A stretch of 63,862 nucleotides of DNA, the filler included, from Reticulomyxa filosa (taxonomy: Eukaryota > Protista > Foraminifera): the NCBI GenBank assembly GCA_000512085.1. It is 25 parts of 25 records of this genome, joined end to end, with 100 filler letters (N's around TTAATTAATTAA, not from the genome) between each part and the next. Parts side by side here need not be neighbours in the genome. Positions count along the whole stretch, not along the records: positions 61,504 to 63,862 come from ASPP01013409.1; 24 more parts are not named here. One strand, written 5' to 3'. A program made the translations under genes and the position numbers. Shown one piece after another: positions 61,958 through 63,862 of this stretch. Numbering within the stretch: the stretch's first letter is position 1; the number at the start of each line of letters is the position of its first letter. The notes under the pieces were generated by a model. The model had not been told where the DNA came from. It did not search any database and saw only the letters and a list, made by a program, of their open reading frames with translations.

Positions 61958-63026
61958 TATTCCTTTCTCGACTACTGTTTAATGCAGAGATTTTTTTTCC
62001 TAAGACTAGAGCAAGTGGGCTGCAACGTGCGTGGAAACTCAAAATACCCGCGTGGACTTGGGCTAAGTAAATTACATTTTGTCGTTAGTGCAAGTTACAA
62101 GAAAAATACTAATGGACTTGCATTGGCAACTTTGCCTACTATCATTTAGATTTGTTACTTTGTGAATTGGATATGTTATTTATGGTCAAATTCACGTGCA
62201 ATAATTTAACATATTAATTATCAAAAACATAAATTAGTGAGCATTACTAGTCAAAGGTAAGATATACTAAAGCACGCATAATCATTAAAATGGTGTAAAA
62301 TGAAGTAGACACACATGAAAAAAGTCCGGGTTTAATCATGTTTGCTAATTTAAGTGGCAATAACTAAAATTTGTGACAAACTTCATCGTTTCAATATTCA
62401 ATTACTTGTATGTCTTCAATTCACAAAATACAAACTAACAATAAACTTATTCATGATTACTTATATCTTATGATAACAGGCACATATACATATTAACTAA
62501 ACTAAAATTGTTAATTTTTTTTATAAAAAAAGCTTGATATTTATTCCTAACTAAAAAGTATCATATTCGTAGTGTCAATTTAAATATGTCTTCGTTGGTC
62601 AACGAACGAGACATTTGCAAGAAATTTTTTTAAATGTTGATTTTTCAAATAGAAAGTCAATCACATTCAAAGATGATATTTTCGTGGGTCAGGACTTTTG
62701 TCACAAACAAATAATATATTTTTTATTGTGACTCAGCCGACAAAAGTTTTAACATATTTTTTTTGGCCTTGTTGACACTAAAAAATCGTACTACGACTTA
62801 ATTTAATTTTAAGCGAAGTGCAAGTATATTGTTTTTCCACTGACTTCTTTTCTCTTCGATACGAAGTACTAAGAAAATCATCAATATACTTTTGTATCGA
62901 GTGCTTTTGCTTTTTCATTTCGAAATAGTTAGTCAAACGTGCAAACGTTCGACGGCCAGGGCGTTTTGAAAGTTTTCGTGTCATAAAGGAGGCAACAGTC
63001 AAAAAATTGACTTGTCTTGGCATGTA

Positions 63027-63862
63027 ATGACCGAAGATCTTGCGGAGAGCAAAATTGAAAATAAGCAAGCAAGCAAAAGTGCAGCTTTGGTGCGTGCACT
63101 TCTTGCAGAAAATGCAGCAGTCCCTCACAAAGTGTTGTCAAAAGTGTTTAACGTTCCCCTGGAAACAGTAGAAAAAATAGAAGTTTAGAAAAATTTGTGT
63201 GTGTGTTTTTTTTTTGTTAACACACACACACATAAAAGTTCAGCATGCACAAATTGTTTTCGTTTTGTTTTGCTTGGCAGGAAGAGATACGAAACACAGA
63301 AAAGATATCAGGATCGCCATTGTCATGGGATTACGTAATGGTATTCGACACAGGCGACGAAAACAAGATACGCAAGGCAACACGCAAAGAAAAGCTCGAA
63401 AAACCAACGTATTCTGAGGATGAAGAAGAATGGGAAAGAGGGATGTCACAAAGGAAATACTTTTTGCAAATTATCTTGCAAACGCAAAGAGATTTGGAAA
63501 ACGCGCGTTTGTCGACTAAATTTTTCAAGTTTTCAATTTTTTATTTTTTTTTTTTTATTTAGTTATTAAAAAAATGAATAAAAAGGGGGAGGGGGGATCT
63601 AAACTAATTCGGGCATAAAACAAAAAAAAAAAAAAAAGATCATCGGATGAAAAGTATATATTTTTGCTCATTGGAATGACGGAAGACAATATCAAACATT
63701 GGGCGGCGTTCAGAAAGACTGATCTGGAAGTGAATCCCCTTTCAGCGTGTCAAGAGGGGCGTCTTCAACAGTTTCCTTTGGCACTGCGTACTTTTGTTGT
63801 TTCGTAAAAAAAAAAAAAGGGGGGAGGGGACTATAATTAACAGTGGGGTATACGTCACATTC
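63027..63862 (+). CDS. Anoctamin/TMEM16-like protein, 5' part
   Basis: MTEDLAESK...|EEIR...SWDYVMVF...LENARLSTKFFK|SSDEKYIFLLIG resembles protist anoctamin N-termini. Confidence 0.5.

Overview
This is not a contiguous locus. It is 25 short contigs (about 1-4.3 kb each) joined by 24 identical artificial 100-bp linkers (N44-TTAATTAATTAA-N44), so adjacency across a linker means nothing. The DNA is AT-rich, eukaryotic and interrupted by short GT-AG introns. The gene families (divergent alpha2-type tubulin; Kelch/WD40 proteins with an 'IIQYWIR..KLGWI.DFD' box; TRAF-like zinc fingers; HEAT, CAP-Gly and PUB proteins) suggest a foraminiferan, probably Reticulomyxa filosa (inference, not verified by search). 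Recognisable genes, mostly truncated, are NMD3, G-alpha, an actin 5' end, a TM-RGS protein, PP2C, the UPF2 C-terminus, a CCA-adding enzyme, a mitochondrial carrier, an anoctamin-like gene, a tyrosinase-like gene, a DUF5692-like gene and a Kelch gene. There are many intron-retaining pseudogenes (dynein heavy chain, tubulin, polyubiquitin, CAP-Gly, TRAF, PUB), a Tc1 remnant, a LINE fragment inside a 216-bp perfect inverted repeat, and a probable telomere made of (CTTAGGG)n. The best candidate for a new system is a head-to-head pair 395 bp apart: a SAM-USP deubiquitinase and a SAM-SAM-UBL-RBR E3 ligase whose N-terminal SAM-like domains share an identically placed phase-1 intron. All domain calls are by eye from motifs.
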